Below, in pieces: positions 37,250 through 50,111 of a DNA stretch of 64,000 nucleotides. Numbering within the stretch: the first letter of the stretch is position 1; the number at the start of each line of letters is the position of its first letter. The notes beneath the pieces are model-generated. The model was not told the origin of the DNA and did not search any database. It was given only the letters and a program-made list of their open reading frames with translations. The position numbers were made by a program, and so were the translations under genes. This stretch comes from Vicugna vicugna (lineage: Eukaryota), in the NCBI GenBank assembly GCA_013265495.1, contig MU058252.1, positions 1,398,244 to 1,462,243 of the forward strand. The letters are read 5' to 3'.

Positions 37250-37900
37250 TCTTACACTGTGTCCCTACCGCATCAGCGAATCCCCTTGCCCACCTTCAGA
37301 CCCATCTTTTTCTCCATTATTTACCACACAGCCGCCACCAGGCATCTTTCTCCTGAGAGCTTCCCACATGGCCAACATTGTGATCATTTTAAAGTGAAAA
37401 TCTGCCCAAAGCTCGCCATTGACTAAAATTCTCAGTTTCCCCTGCCCTTAAGAAAAAGAGCTTCTGCACAGGGCACAGAAGGTCCTCCGAGAGCGGGTCT
37501 TAACCAGCCTCACTCCTGCTGCTCCCACCTCAAACGTCCCCTGGTGACCAACTGTTAGCCAATCTCCAGCACATCCGTGCTGCTTCTGTTCTTGATCGCT
37601 TTGTTTAATCCCTTCCCCCAACCATGCCATAGACTGAACAAACCATTGCCACCCCAAACAGCAAGGAAGACTGGCGAAGGCATCCTCTTCCTCTAAGATA
37701 CCCCGACCTTCAGGAAGCGACCCTGACATCACGCCAGGCTCCGCTCACTTACTCATCCCATTGCATCACAATTCTTTGCTTATTTTTGTGCTTCCTCCAG
37801 TCACTGCCAGCCTGGGGGCTATCTTTATATATATTTGTCACTCCATGCCTGGTGTAGGGTTTAAATGAAAGTGAGCCCTCCAGACATGCTGGTGGATGGA
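37250..37900 (+). mobile_element. L2 fragment
   Basis: TGATCATTTTAAAGTGAAAATCTG..CCTTCAGGAAGCGACCCTGAC..TTTGTCACTCCATGCCTGG..GCTGGTGGATGGAT. Diverged. Confidence 0.5.
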
Positions 37901-38087
37901 TTAATTTGGAATGTATGTGGTTACCATGGCTTTTGGTTTGGGAGAAGGCAGAGCCCACATCTCTGTACGAAGAAGACAAGCAAGAGAAACTGAGATTTTA
38001 GAGCAGCAGGTGGATCCAAAAGCCACGCCAGCCCAGCACCTCCCTTGCATCTCACTGGGATTTATTGCATCAGGCTGAGAAGATGCC

Positions 38088-38179
38088 TTATTATTACTTT
38101 TCAATGGAGCCACTGGGGACTGAACCGAGGACCTTGGGCATGCTAAGCACGCGCTCTACCACTGAGCTATATCCTCCCC
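38088..38179 (-). mobile_element. Camelid-type tRNA-derived SINE (short tail)
   Basis: ACTGGGGACTGAACCGAGGACCTTGGGCATGCTAAGCACGCGCTCTACCACTGAGCTATATCCTCCCC. Confidence 0.92.
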
Positions 38180-38361
38180 TGTGATGTTGTTAATCAGCGG
38201 TGCTGGCAGTTTGCTGTGATTTTTCTTGAGAATAGTGCTCTCTGGACTTGGCATATGCAGTTGTATAGGGAAGGACCCTGATCATCTCTGAGAGGAGAAG
38301 CCCGTTTGCCATGGGTAGCCAGTCTGCCCAATTTCCAAAGTTCTCTATTCCTGGGTGGAGC

Positions 38362-38995
38362 TGTTAGAGCAGGCAGATAGCTAGATATGATGAGCAGAGA
38401 AACGGGGACACAGACCAAATGGCAGAAATTGGGCAGAAAGGAGGGGCACAAGCCAAATGCAGGAAACATACCTAAGCACCAGGGGTCCCTGGGCAGAAAA
38501 AGAAAAGCAGGAATCTTTGGGCTGATAAGGGGCCACACCTTTTGGCCTGGAGACCAACAAAGGTCAGAAAAGGTAGGAATTTCCAGTGTCTGAATGTAAC
38601 CTTTTGCTCATTATGCCCTCATTTCAATAAAATTAGCCTTGCAGGTCAGAAGTACCCATCATGCACCGACGCCATGACACTTCTGATCCAGACTGAACAA
38701 GGACAAAAATCCCTCCTCCCTTTGGGAAGGTGGAGTTGGGATGACAATCAGGGAATACGACCCCAAACCCTTCCCTCCCCAATGACTATTCCGCCCATTC
38801 ATTTTTACACCCGATGTAACTAACTTGCCAAAGAAACTCAGGGCAGCCGCTCTCCTGAGCCTGCCCGCTCTCCCCTTGAAAGTGTACGGTTCATCCTTTA
38901 ATAAATCCTCACTTTACTTTTCTTAACCTCTATGTCTTATCTCTGAATTCTTTCCGGGACGGGACAAGAACCTGGAACACTGGTTACCAGCGACA
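38362..38995 (+). mobile_element. ERV1-type solo LTR
   Basis: TGTTAG..GCGACA termini, 4-bp TSD GAGC (38358-38361 and 38996-38999). AATAAA at ~38900 followed by CTCTGAATTCTTTC..GACAAGAACCT U5-type sequence. Confidence 0.85.
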
Positions 38996-40171
38996 GAGCT
39001 CCTGGAGGAATCACTGTCTGAGCGACCCCATGATGTGGGGAAGAAGCTTCAGGTTTAAGGGATGAAACAAGCTGCTGGCGAAGGGGGAGCGCTTCTTTGG
39101 CAGTCCAGCCCCACTGTCTTGGTGACCTCATTTTCACTGTCTCCAGTAACAGTACCCTTTCTCTTCACTTTCACTCCTTTTGGATATTGAAAGCTCTCCT
39201 TGCTGACTCTTTTAAAACCTCAAACTTAGCCACTTGGATATGTGTTTTGTGTGGTTTTTTTTGGTTCATAAATGTTGCAGACCAATGGGAGGGTGACTGG
39301 GCTGTTCTTTGCCTGACTTTCCAAATTCTGCAAGAATGAGGGAGGAGTTAAGGGAAGAAGAAATGTTACTGGTGGGGTTGACTGTGTGGCTGTCACATGT
39401 TTCCCAACTTTTCCACCAGGGAAAAACAAGGTTAAACTGTATGTGGAAGGGAACAAAGTTTAAATGAGCAATTTAGCCTGACAGGTATATGCGGAAAGGA
39501 AGTAAGAGTTAGTCTGACCTTTTTATCTTGGTGACAAATATTACAGGCTGATTTTATATCAAAGAGGTTCCAATTAAAAAAAAAATCCAGTTGAGCTCAG
39601 TCTTCTGCTTTGCCAACTGGTCCCCGAGGCCACTTCCCAACTTCCAAAGGCATAGGAAGTAAAGTCTCCCATTCCTGGGAACTGGGCCTCATCCTGGGCC
39701 TGAGTCCCCACTCAGACCTTTCTCTTTCACAATCTTCATTTGGACTATGGTGGTGGCTGCCTTGGAGAATTCCCTGAAATTGAGCTGAGTTCGATTCTTC
39801 ACCGAAAAACAGTCTTCCTTTGTCAGGCAAGATTGTTCTCTTCGGTTGAGGACTTGGAGTCACGGCCCCAGCAGTCAGAGTAGCTAAACAGATCCAGGAA
39901 ACCGACAGGGAAGGCACCTTAGTGCTTGGGCCACCCCTCCAGAGAAGCTCAAGTGTGCACTGTCCCAGACAAGGACTCCAAGAGCACTCCGGGGGAGGGC
40001 GGCACAAATCCAGTCTCAGAGACAAGGAAACGGACGTGGCACTGCGATCTGGGGACAGGGCTGTCATCTTTCATTCAGGTTAAAATTCCAAAGCCAGCTT
40101 CCTAAACTGTGCAGTGGGTTGGAATGGCAATCTAAATCGCATGAAAAACCAACAAAGCCTTCCAATGGTAG

Positions 40172-42600
40172 GTTTTATTTAGAAATAGCTTTACTGAGGT
40201 ACAACTGATATATAATAAACTACACATACTTAAAGGTACAACTTGATTAAAAAAATTTTTTGAGGCTGGAATAATTTGATAAATTCTGACACATGTATAC
40301 CATGACCTGTCAACATGAGACAATGACTGTATTCATCACCCCAAAGTTTCCTCCTGCCCTTTTATAATCCATTCCTCCTGTCTCACCCCACTCCTCACTC
40401 CATACCAGGCTTCCAGTCACGTCCCAAAGTGACCACCGATCTGTTCCTATAGGTTAGTTCGTATTTTCTAGAAAGCTATATAAATGTCATCACGTAGCAT
40501 AGATTCTCTTATATGGATTCTCTGGCTTTTTTCACTTAACAGTTATTTTGAGACTCATCCATGCTGTTGCCTGGATTTCATTTTATGATTATACTAGTTT
40601 ATTCATCACCTGTTGAAGGACATTTGGGTTATTTTTAAATTTTGGCAATTTTGAACAGAGCAGTTGTGAATATTTGTGTACAAGTCTTTTATTGTCACTT
40701 TACTGCCTCTTGGGTCAATGGGTAGGAGTGGAATGGCGGCCTAATATGGTTGGCATATGTCTAACTTTTAAAAAACCCCACCAAACTGACTTCCAAAGTG
40801 GCAGTACCACTTTACACTCCCACCAGCAGTGTGTGACACTTCTGGTTCTTCCAGATCCTCACCAACACGTGGTAGAGTAAGTCTTCTAAAATTTTAGTCA
40901 TTCTAATCAGTGTGCAGTGGTATCTCATTGTGGTTTTGTTGAGCATTTTCTTTAATTGCCAATGATCTGAACATCTTTTCATATGCTCATCTGCCATTCA
41001 TATATCTTCTTTGGTAAAGTGTCCACACTTTTGCCTGTTTTTCTTTAATTGGGTAGTTTACTTTCTTGTTACTGACTTTTGAGTTAAATATATATATATA
41101 TATATTAAAATACATAAATATATATACATATGTTTTCTGTATCTAAGTCCTTTTTCAGTTTTTTTTTCATTTGTAGATTATGCTTTTGCTTTTCTAAGAA
41201 ATCTCTGATAAAATCAAGGTCAACAGATTTTCTCCTGTGTTTCTTCTAGAAGTTTTAGGTTTTACATTTAGAGTTAATTTTTATGGACGATGTAAGGTCT
41301 AAACTGGGGTTTCTGCATATAGATATCAAATTGTTTGAACACCATTTGTTGTAAAGATTGCCCTTTCTCTAAATTGCCTTTGTACCTTTGTTGAAAATCA
41401 ATTGATGTCTGGATATATATGGGTTTATTTCTGGACTGTTATTCTGTTCTATTGATCTGTTTATCTATTTTTAAGCAAATATCACATTACCTGATTACTG
41501 TAACTTTATAATAACTTTTAAAGTCAGGTAATGCAATTCCTCAAACTTCTTTGAAGTTATTTCAGCTATTGTAGGTCCTTTGTATTTCCATATTGATTTT
41601 AAAATCAGCTTGTCAATATCTATAAAAAAGCCCACTGGGACTTTGATTGGGATTGTGTTGACTCTAACAATATTGAATCTTCCAAATAAATCTATTTTTC
41701 CATTTATTGGGGTCTTCCTTAATTTCTCTCAGCAATGTTTATTAGTTTTTAGTGTCCAGATCTTGCTCATCATTTGTCAGATTTATCGCCAAGTACTTCA
41801 GGTTTGGCGCTATTATAAATGTTGTTATTTTTCAAATTTCAAATTCCAGTTGTTATTGTTTGCATATCAGTTGCATGTACAGTTGATTTTGTGTACCTGT
41901 ATTGTCTCAGTATCCTGCTAAAGTCTTATTAGTTCTATTAGCTTTTGTGTAGGTTCCATCAAATTTTCTGCATAGTTGATCATGTCATCTATGAAGAGTT
42001 TTATTTTTCCTTTTCTTTACTGCTTCCTTTCTTTTACTTACCTATTTTTGGGGCCTATGATCCTGGCTGCAACACACAGTACATTGTTAAAAAGAAGTGA
42101 TGAGAGTAGACATCTTTGCTTTTTCCCTGATCTTAAAGGGAAAGCATTCAGGCTCTCACCATTAAGTATGTTAATTGTATGTTTTTCACATATGTCCTCT
42201 TTCAGGTTGAAGAAGTACCCTTCTTAGGAATGGCTGATGAATTTTGTCAAATGCTTTTTCTGCATCTACTGAGATGATTTTTTTTCCCTTGAATTTGCTA
42301 GTTTGGTGAATTACATTGATCGATTCTTGAATGTTAAACCAACCTTGCATTCATGGGATAAAGCCCACCTAGTCAAGGTGTATTATCCTCATTATACACT
42401 GGCATACTTAATTAGTTAAGAATGTTTGCATCTATGTTTATGAGGAATATTGGTTGACAGTTTTTCTTCTATAATGTCTTTGTCTGGTTTTGGTAACAGT
42501 AATGTTGGCCTCATGGAATGAGTTGGGAAATGTTCCTTTCTGATCTGGAAGAATTTATGCAGAATTACTATTATCTATTCCTTTAATATTTGGTAGAATT
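40172..42600 (-). mobile_element. Old LINE-1 (L1MB/L1MC-type) 3'UTR + ORF2 remnant
   Basis: AATAGCTTTACTGAGGTACAACTGATATATAATAAACTACAC.. The ORF 40812..40997(-) reads ADEHMKRCS..TTMRYHCTLIRMTKI (L1 ORF2). Extends to TTTGGTAGAATTC. Confidence 0.9.
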
Positions 42601-43199
42601 CAAGACGAATTCTTACAAGTGTAGGAAAAATTTCTGAAAGACTGAAATGGACCAAGGAGATTACTGGGTATAACCCGTGCAGCTCATGCTTCCAGGCTAA
42701 CTTAGTCTTTTGTGTTGTTGAGCAGTTTTACAACTCCGTAAATTGCAGAAAATTGATAATAATGCAAATGATTCTTGTCCATAAAAATGCAAGTCAATTG
42801 TGTCTGGTGGAATGCAATTTATTACTGCCCTGCAGACAGACCTGCTTTGCATATTCTATAAAATCACTTCCATACCATTTCCTGTTCTTTGAATTATCTT
42901 CTGAATCAGTTGTAACATCTCAACTGGTTCTTTGTTAGTTTCATAAAACCTTTGACATGTGTTCATTTTGTGCTTGCACAAGAATAATTTATACCTTTAA
43001 AATAATAATACCTCTAACATTATCTTTTGACACAGAAATGATGAGAATTCATGGTACAGGATTTGTTTAATCAAAGTGTTATATAAGGTTGGTTAGTTGT
43101 TAATGATATACAAGGTTATTTACTGTAAATGGCAAAGATGATGCCATCCAGAGAAAAGTTATTTCAAGATGAAGAAGAGGATGGGAATTTGTTTCCTGA

Positions 43200-43420
43200 T
43201 CTCTAAATGGAGGTATTGGGATAGATAATTTCTAAGGTCCTTTCCCATTTTAACTGTCCAACTCTGACTTGGCGATTTCACAATGAACTTATTTCAATTT
43301 CCAGAGTTCAGTTTCATTATCTTAAAATGGGATAATGACATTTTCTGTATCCATCTCAGATAATCAAGTAAGATAACAGATTCGAAATGTTGCAAGTGCA
43401 ATATAAATCTAAGGGGTTAT
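43200..43420. mobile_element. MIR3/MIR fragments
   Basis: TTTCTAAGGTCCTTTCC..CAGTTTCATTATCTTAAAATGGGATAATGACA. Confidence 0.55.
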
Positions 43421-44061
43421 TATCTGTGCCTCATGGAAAGTGGAGACAAATGTTCCCAAGCCTCATTCCCTCATTTGGTCAATAATTTAAAATTTTAAAT
43501 CTTTGTCATCTTCTAGGACACCTGAACGAGCTAAGAAGAAGAGTCATCATCTTAAAATGCATTTCATCATAAGTTTTAAATAATCTTCCATGACACTGAA
43601 TTCTAAAACTAGATACTCTGAAATGGTCTGAAAGTAGTCTGAAAGAGCTCTCAAATGCAGGGGCAGCTGCAGGGATAGTGTTGATGGGGCCATTCTCATT
43701 TTTACTCTGTGATTTCTTGGAAAGGTTTACAGAATTCCTCAAAACGTTGCAAGTCTCACTTTTCTTCATGGCCAGCGCTGCCCACGAGCCAGGGTCCTCC
43801 TCCGCAAAGGATCTTCCCACACCCCTAGCCACTCCCTAACTATTCTGGTCCCTTTTCCAATCACCTTCTGTGAGAATGGCAATGTATCTAGCTTGGGTGA
43901 GGCAAAAGGGCTATGCAATGTTGTGCAGGGGCTCAAGGTAGGTAGACCAACGCACTTTTTCTAGTGTAGGAAGACTGAATTTATGGTCTACACCGTGTTC
44001 TTAATAGCTGAGGTCATGTATATATTCTCTTAATTTGTTTCCTTAGCCTTAAAATAAACTT

Positions 44062-44290
44062 ATGCAGCAACATGGATGGACCTAGAGATTAACATACTAA
44101 ATAAAGTAAGCCAGAAAGAGTAAGAAAAATACCATATAAAATCACTTATATGTGAAATCTTAAAAAAAAAAACCAAAAACCCGAACACAAATGAACTTAT
44201 TTACAAAATAGAAACATACTCACAGATATAAGAAAATGAACTTATGGTTATCAGAGCAGGGTAAGGGGATGGGAAGGGATAAAATAGAAG
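44062..44290 (+). mobile_element. Young LINE-1 fragment (ORF2 end/3'UTR, 3'-incomplete)
   Basis: GCAGCAACATGGATGGACCTAGAGATTA..AATACCATAT..TGTGAAATCT..AATGAACTTATTTACAAAATAGAAAC. Confidence 0.85.
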
Positions 44291-45379
44291 TGTGATTTCC
44301 AAGTTCCCTGCAGCCTTTGCTCTCATCCTATCATTAAAGACCTGTAACAGGTCAAGCACTGTTATTACAGGAGACTCAGTACTCCAGTCAGGAAGGGCTA
44401 GGAGCCTGGGCCTGGGCCTGGGCCACATGGGGAACCTGCATGACTCAGAGTACACCCAACCCCCCAGCTCACTGTGCACCCCTTCCCAGAAGAGGCCACC
44501 CCTTCCTCTGCCCGGAAGACCCTGTAAGACTGAAAGAGACACACACAAGGAAGTAGTTCTCTTCATGCTAAACCTTCATTCCCATGACTGCCTCTAAAGT
44601 GGTAGGTACAGCCCATCTGGGTACAGATTCTAGCCCACCCCTAGCTGAGCTGGTTTCATTACTTTGCAACCAGAGTCTAAACAACATCATTGCCACTTCA
44701 GGCTCCTGCTGTAGCTCTGGTTCTTCTGTCCAAACAAAGCACCACAAAACAAAACCTTCACAGCTCTTCCTCCCTCCTTCCCCTGGTCCTCCTATTGCAG
44801 CTTAGCAGTACTGATGGGGGGTGGAGGGGGTGGGGCAGAACAACTGGCTATCACAAGAGATAAAACAATGGAACAGCAGCACATGAATGGGTACAAGGGT
44901 ATTCATATGGTGTCTTGCCCTGGGTCTGCCTCAGGTAATCACGTTTGTCTATTTCCCTTTGCGTCTTCAACTATATGTGGCTATTCTTCAATTCCTAGAC
45001 AAAAAACCTGTTTGCTCCTAGTCTCCAGTGGTATCATCACCCACAACCACCTCAGAGGGATTTATTCCTCTTCCCATGAGCAAGTCAGTTTGTCCCTGAA
45101 CAGTTTCTGGATTTGCCTGTGGAGGCTTCAGGGAGGACAGACAAAGGATAAGCATGAACATTTGATACAAACACGAGGTCCTGGGGCTGCGATTGTAGGA
45201 ATGACTGTGGACATCCCCCAGGTCTGGAAGGAGCAGCAAGAGAGCCTGTGGCTTGCAGCAGGCTTGTGAGGCTGGCTCGGAGACCCAGCAGCTCTGTGGG
45301 AGGTTCCAAGATTAGGATCTGTTTTCTTTCAGGATATTGCTTGGGCTTCAGTGTGCACCTGCATGTTCACATAAAGTCT

Positions 45380-46050
45380 TGCTCGAGTGCGCTCTAAAAT
45401 GGAAAAAAAACCTGGAAATAACCTAAATGTCCCCAGAAGGAGATAGGCTAAATTTATTACAGTACATTTAGAGAAGGAGACTCAGGTGTTAGGCAGATGG
45501 CGGAAACTTGGGGATCCATCAAAAGTACCATAGCTAAAAAACATTATTTTCAATGACTGTATAATATCTGATTATATGAATATATCTTAATTTATTTATC
45601 CAATTTCCTATTTTTAAATAATAAAGTTGTTTTCAATTATATCTGCTATTATAAATAATAATAATCATTTAAATATATAATTTTCTGTAATTTAAAAACT
45701 TTTTTTGAGATAGAACCCTAGAAGGGGAATTTCCAGATCAAAGTATATGTATTTTAAGGATCTAGAAATGGATTTCCAAAGTGCTTTTCACATTTGCAGT
45801 GACCTTCCCTTCTACTACAGTGCCTGAAAATTCAATTCCACTCTCCCCAACATTGATTATTATCTGTAATTGACTAAAAATGATGTTCCATATTATTTTA
45901 ACTTGTATTTCTGGATTACCAGTTAGGCTGACCATTTTAAATGATTTTTTAAGTTATTTGTGTACTTTCTGAGAATTGTTTACAAACTGGCCTCATTTTC
46001 TAATTGAGTTTCAGTGCTTTTCCTACTAATATATTAAATGTCTTATCCAA
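45380..46050. mobile_element. Ancient L1ME-type fragments
   Basis: CTGGAAATAACCTAAATGTCC (plus), then AT-rich antisense L1 (CCTAGAAGGGGAATTTCCAGATCAAAG..TTGTATTTCTGGATTACCAG). Confidence 0.55.
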
Positions 46051-46939
46051 GGCAACTTGTCCTGCTGTACACTGCCTAACCTGCCCCACTGGCCTTTAGA
46101 AACCATTTGGTTCAGTCACAGCAAGTGACCACTGCCTTATTCCAAAAGCATTACTGGGAATCCCAAGTAAAGACCTTTTAGCTTATCGATGCACAGAGAC
46201 CTCATGCAAAAACTGTGCAACAAGAATGTATTTTTCAAGCAGTGAGAAGAATAAATTACAATTCGTTTAAAATGCGCTCTGCTTGCATGGCTTGATATGT
46301 TAAACCTAAAGGAATCAGTATCATAAATGTATTTCTGACTCAGTGATTTAACAAATCCACTCTATTAAGACCCTGGAATTGTGATTACTGTCTTTGAAGA
46401 ATGATACAGTCCCAAAGCTACTATATCTAAAATTTTGTCAGATTTGACATCAACAGGGTATTTGGGGGATGTTTATTTGTGGTAAACTACCAAAAAGTAG
46501 GGCAAGGGCCTGGCCTGACTATCAGGAGCGGTCACTTAGTGTGAATGGGGGCATCTCTCTATAAACAGGAGGACATCCGCGTCCCAGGAGCCACTCCAAG
46601 CCCTGGGACGGCACATTTGAATTACAAATGAAGGTGTTGGCCTCCATGGAAAATTCTGGTTCCTACGAGGTGATTTTTTAGGACCAAAAAAATAACATGG
46701 CTTTGTTTGGGCAATGATTGGAAAGATCTGAAATTGATCTTTAAAGGAGGCCATATGAAAAACCACCAAGTTAGACTGGAGTGATGGCCCCTCCTTTTCC
46801 TGGTCAGGTCTCAGGAAGTGCTCAGTGTTGGCTGGGGAAGGTTCTCCAGTCTTCTGAGTGAGCTTGCTACTGCTAGTTGTGAACCTAACAGAAGACGAGT
46901 AATACTTCTGCTTCCTTTTCTTTTTCCCTTTTTGGTTAC

Positions 46940-47660
46940 CTTTGATGACCCAATGTTTATAATTATTAATACATAACTAAAGTCTATAGTTTACTTTAAC
47001 TAAAGCTTATTGTTTACATTGGGGCTCACTCTTTGTGATGTACATTCTATGGGTTCTGACTAATGTATGATGACATGTGTCCCCCATTACAGTATCATAC
47101 GGAACAGTTCCATTGCCCTAAAGTTCCCCTGGGCTCTGAGTGTCCACTCTTTCCTACCTCCTCCCAAATCCCTGGCAACCACTGATCTTTTTAAGGTCTC
47201 TATAGTTTTGCCTTTTCCAGAATGTCATATAGTTGGAATCATACAGTATGAAGCTGCTGAAGACAGATTTCTTCCACTTAGTAATATACATTTAAGGTTC
47301 CTCCATGTCTTTCTGTGGGTGATTACTAATTCCTTCTCATCAGTGAATATTCCTCCTTTGCATGGACGTACCAAAGTTTATCAATTCACCTACAGGTTGT
47401 TTCCAAGTTTCAGCAATTATGAATAAAAGCTGTTGCATACATTCATATGGAGGTTTTGGGTGGATGTAAATTTTCACCTCTTCATGTAAGCCCCAAGGAG
47501 TGTGACAGCGGCATAACAAGATAAGTTCTGTAAGGGCTGCAGCCTGTCCTCCAAAGGGGCTGCGCCATTTTGCACGCGCACAGTTCCTGCAGCTCCACGA
47601 CCTCGCCAGCATTCGGTGCTGCTGGGATCCTGCGCCTTTCCTGATGTTTCTCTTCATCAT
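46940..47660 (-). mobile_element. Old LINE-1 3'UTR (L1MC/L1MB-like)
   Basis: GATGACCCAATGTT..CCCATTACAGTATCATACGGAACAGTTCCATTGCCCTAAA..GCCTTTTCCAGAATGTCATATAGTTGGAATCATACAGTATG. Confidence 0.85.
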
Positions 47661-47729
47661 CCTCTTTGGGCACATGTACACCATAACTAAGATTTTCATG
47701 ATTACGATATTACGTAGCCAGCTTTTCCT

Positions 47730-48575
47730 GACCACTTTTTTACCTGAGTAAATGCCATCATCATTTCACTCAGGTCAAAAACTGACATCATCTCTGACTG
47801 ATTTTTATTTTTCTCTCACCTTCTACGTTGACATCATCATCACCACATGACCAGCACCTGCTGGATCACACCACTTCTCTTCCCCTCCCAGCTGTCTCCA
47901 CCACCAGCACCACTCATCTCTCCTGCCCAGCTTGCTTCCCAGCTGCTCCTGCATCTGGTCATATCCCTGCTGGCAGATCAGTCTCTCCAACACAGCCAGG
48001 CTCATCCCTCCAAAATACTGGTCAGATAAACTAACTGCCCAGGACAAAGCACTTCAATGATTTCTGATCACAGTTGAGGCAAAAAAAAAAAACAAAAACA
48101 ACCCTACCATGGCCTCCAGCACCTTGCAGGCCCCACCTTGACTCACTGCTGAATTAACCTCCCACCCTCCCTTCTGCTGACAGAGTCTGGCAGCTCCTGG
48201 AGCATGCCAGCTCACCTTCCACTGGAGGGCCTTTGCACTCAAACTGCTACCTCTCCTCAGAATGTTCTCTCCCCAGGCCTTCATTTACAAGACTCCCTCA
48301 CTGCATTCAGGGCTCTGCTGAAATGTCAGCTCCTCATGGATGCCTTCCCTCACCATTGTACCTAAGATGGCAACTTCATCATCACCTATCACCTCTTCCT
48401 CCTTTACTTTCCCTGACAGCACTTGTTTCCATCTGATATTATATTTCAGCGTTTGCTGTTATCTGTTTACTGCCCATCCCCACCCCATCTTGTTCCCTGC
48501 AGACCTGCACTAGCTCGAACACTCTGGCCATCTCATATGCTCGGTACACTCAGTCTTGGTTGAATGGATGAATTC
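47730..48575 (+). mobile_element. L2 LINE 3' portion
   Basis: CCCTACCATGGCCTCCAG..GGGCCTTTGCAC..CATTCAGGGCTCTGCTGAAATGTCAGCTCCTCA..TTGGTTGAATGGATGAAT. Confidence 0.8.
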
Positions 48576-50111
48576 TGAAACTACTCATGCTTTCCCCTGC
48601 TAAGTTTGAGTGAAGAGTCTGTGCTAGCAATGGCATAACCTGAGCGATAAGGTGAAGGATAAAAGAACTCCATTCCAGAGAACAGCATCCAAACACGGAA
48701 CGCCCCAGGCGGTGTGTGGGAAGAGGTGTGGAGCTGGGCAGCAGAGCTCAAGGAAGTGGGCCGCAAGAGAGTCGAAAGGAGAAAGTCAATTTTGGGAACT
48801 TTAAAATTAAGAACTTCATTTTTAATTCTACGTTTAGATGATGCGAGAGAAGTGAAGAGGGTTTAGAAGATTTAGATGGTTTTGTTGATATTATTGCCAT
48901 CGTAGTCATCATTTTGCTCAAGAAAATTTGTTAACTACTTACTGATACACAGTGTTTTTCTGTTTTGCTACAAAACACAAGCTAAACCAATATAGGCAGT
49001 AGAATAACAAAATGAAGTAGAATTACTAAATGGAGCAAGGGAATAAAGAAAATTAGATCAATGCAGCCAAAGGCAGAGGGGAAAAGAGAAAACCCATAAA
49101 AAGCAAGATGAATAGAAAACATGAAGATATTAAAAATTAGGCCAGCAGTACTAAGGATCATTAAAAATTTTAATAGATTAAATTCTATTAAAATACGAAG
49201 AACCTCAGATTGCACTTAAAAAGTTATAAGCTTTTTATAAGACATACATCTAAATAGAAAACATGAAGATGTTAAAAATCAGATCAGCCATATCAAGGAT
49301 CATTAAAAATTTAAATAGACTAAGTAAAAAATTAAATAGACCAAATTCTATTAAGAAACAAAAAGTCTTAGATTGCATTGTAAAAAGTTACATGCTTTTT
49401 ATATTCCAAAACAAAATTCCATAGGAGGGCTGAAAATTCAGGGACAGATAGAGACAAGAAAAAACAAAGAAAGTAGGACTTGCAAAAGTATTAATGTGCA
49501 AAAGCACTAATGGCACTAAAATAGATGTTTATGTTAATAAAAGATATTCATTTAGAAGATATTACAATAATGATTATGAATTGGGCAACGTAGCTTTAAA
49601 GTCAAAAGCAAAAACTGTTAGAAACACTAAAATTTGACAAGGCAATAAATAACAAGAAGAGAAACTAAAATGTTTTTTAAAAATTTAAAAATCAAGCAAA
49701 TAAGGAAAACAAATCTATTATAACTTTGTATCAATAAATTTGAAAATACAGACATGATTGGTTCAAAAATATTTTAGGAAAACATGAATAAACCAATAAG
49801 TATAGGAAAAAACTGAAAATGTAGTCATAGATTTACCTCTCCAAAATACTCTGAGCCAGCTTAATGTTATAATGGGTAAATTCTATCAAACCTTCCAAAG
49901 AAATATAGATAGTATACTTTTGTTATTCAACCATTACAGATAATAGGGGAAAAAAAACAAAACAGAAAGAATTTCAATTCACTGTACAAGGCTAGCATAA
50001 CCTGTCAAAAAATTCACCGAAGATACAAAAGGGAAAATTGCAAACAAAGGTGCAAAAATGCCAAATGAAATATCAGCAAATCAAATACAGCAATCAATTA
50101 AAAGGTTAGTA

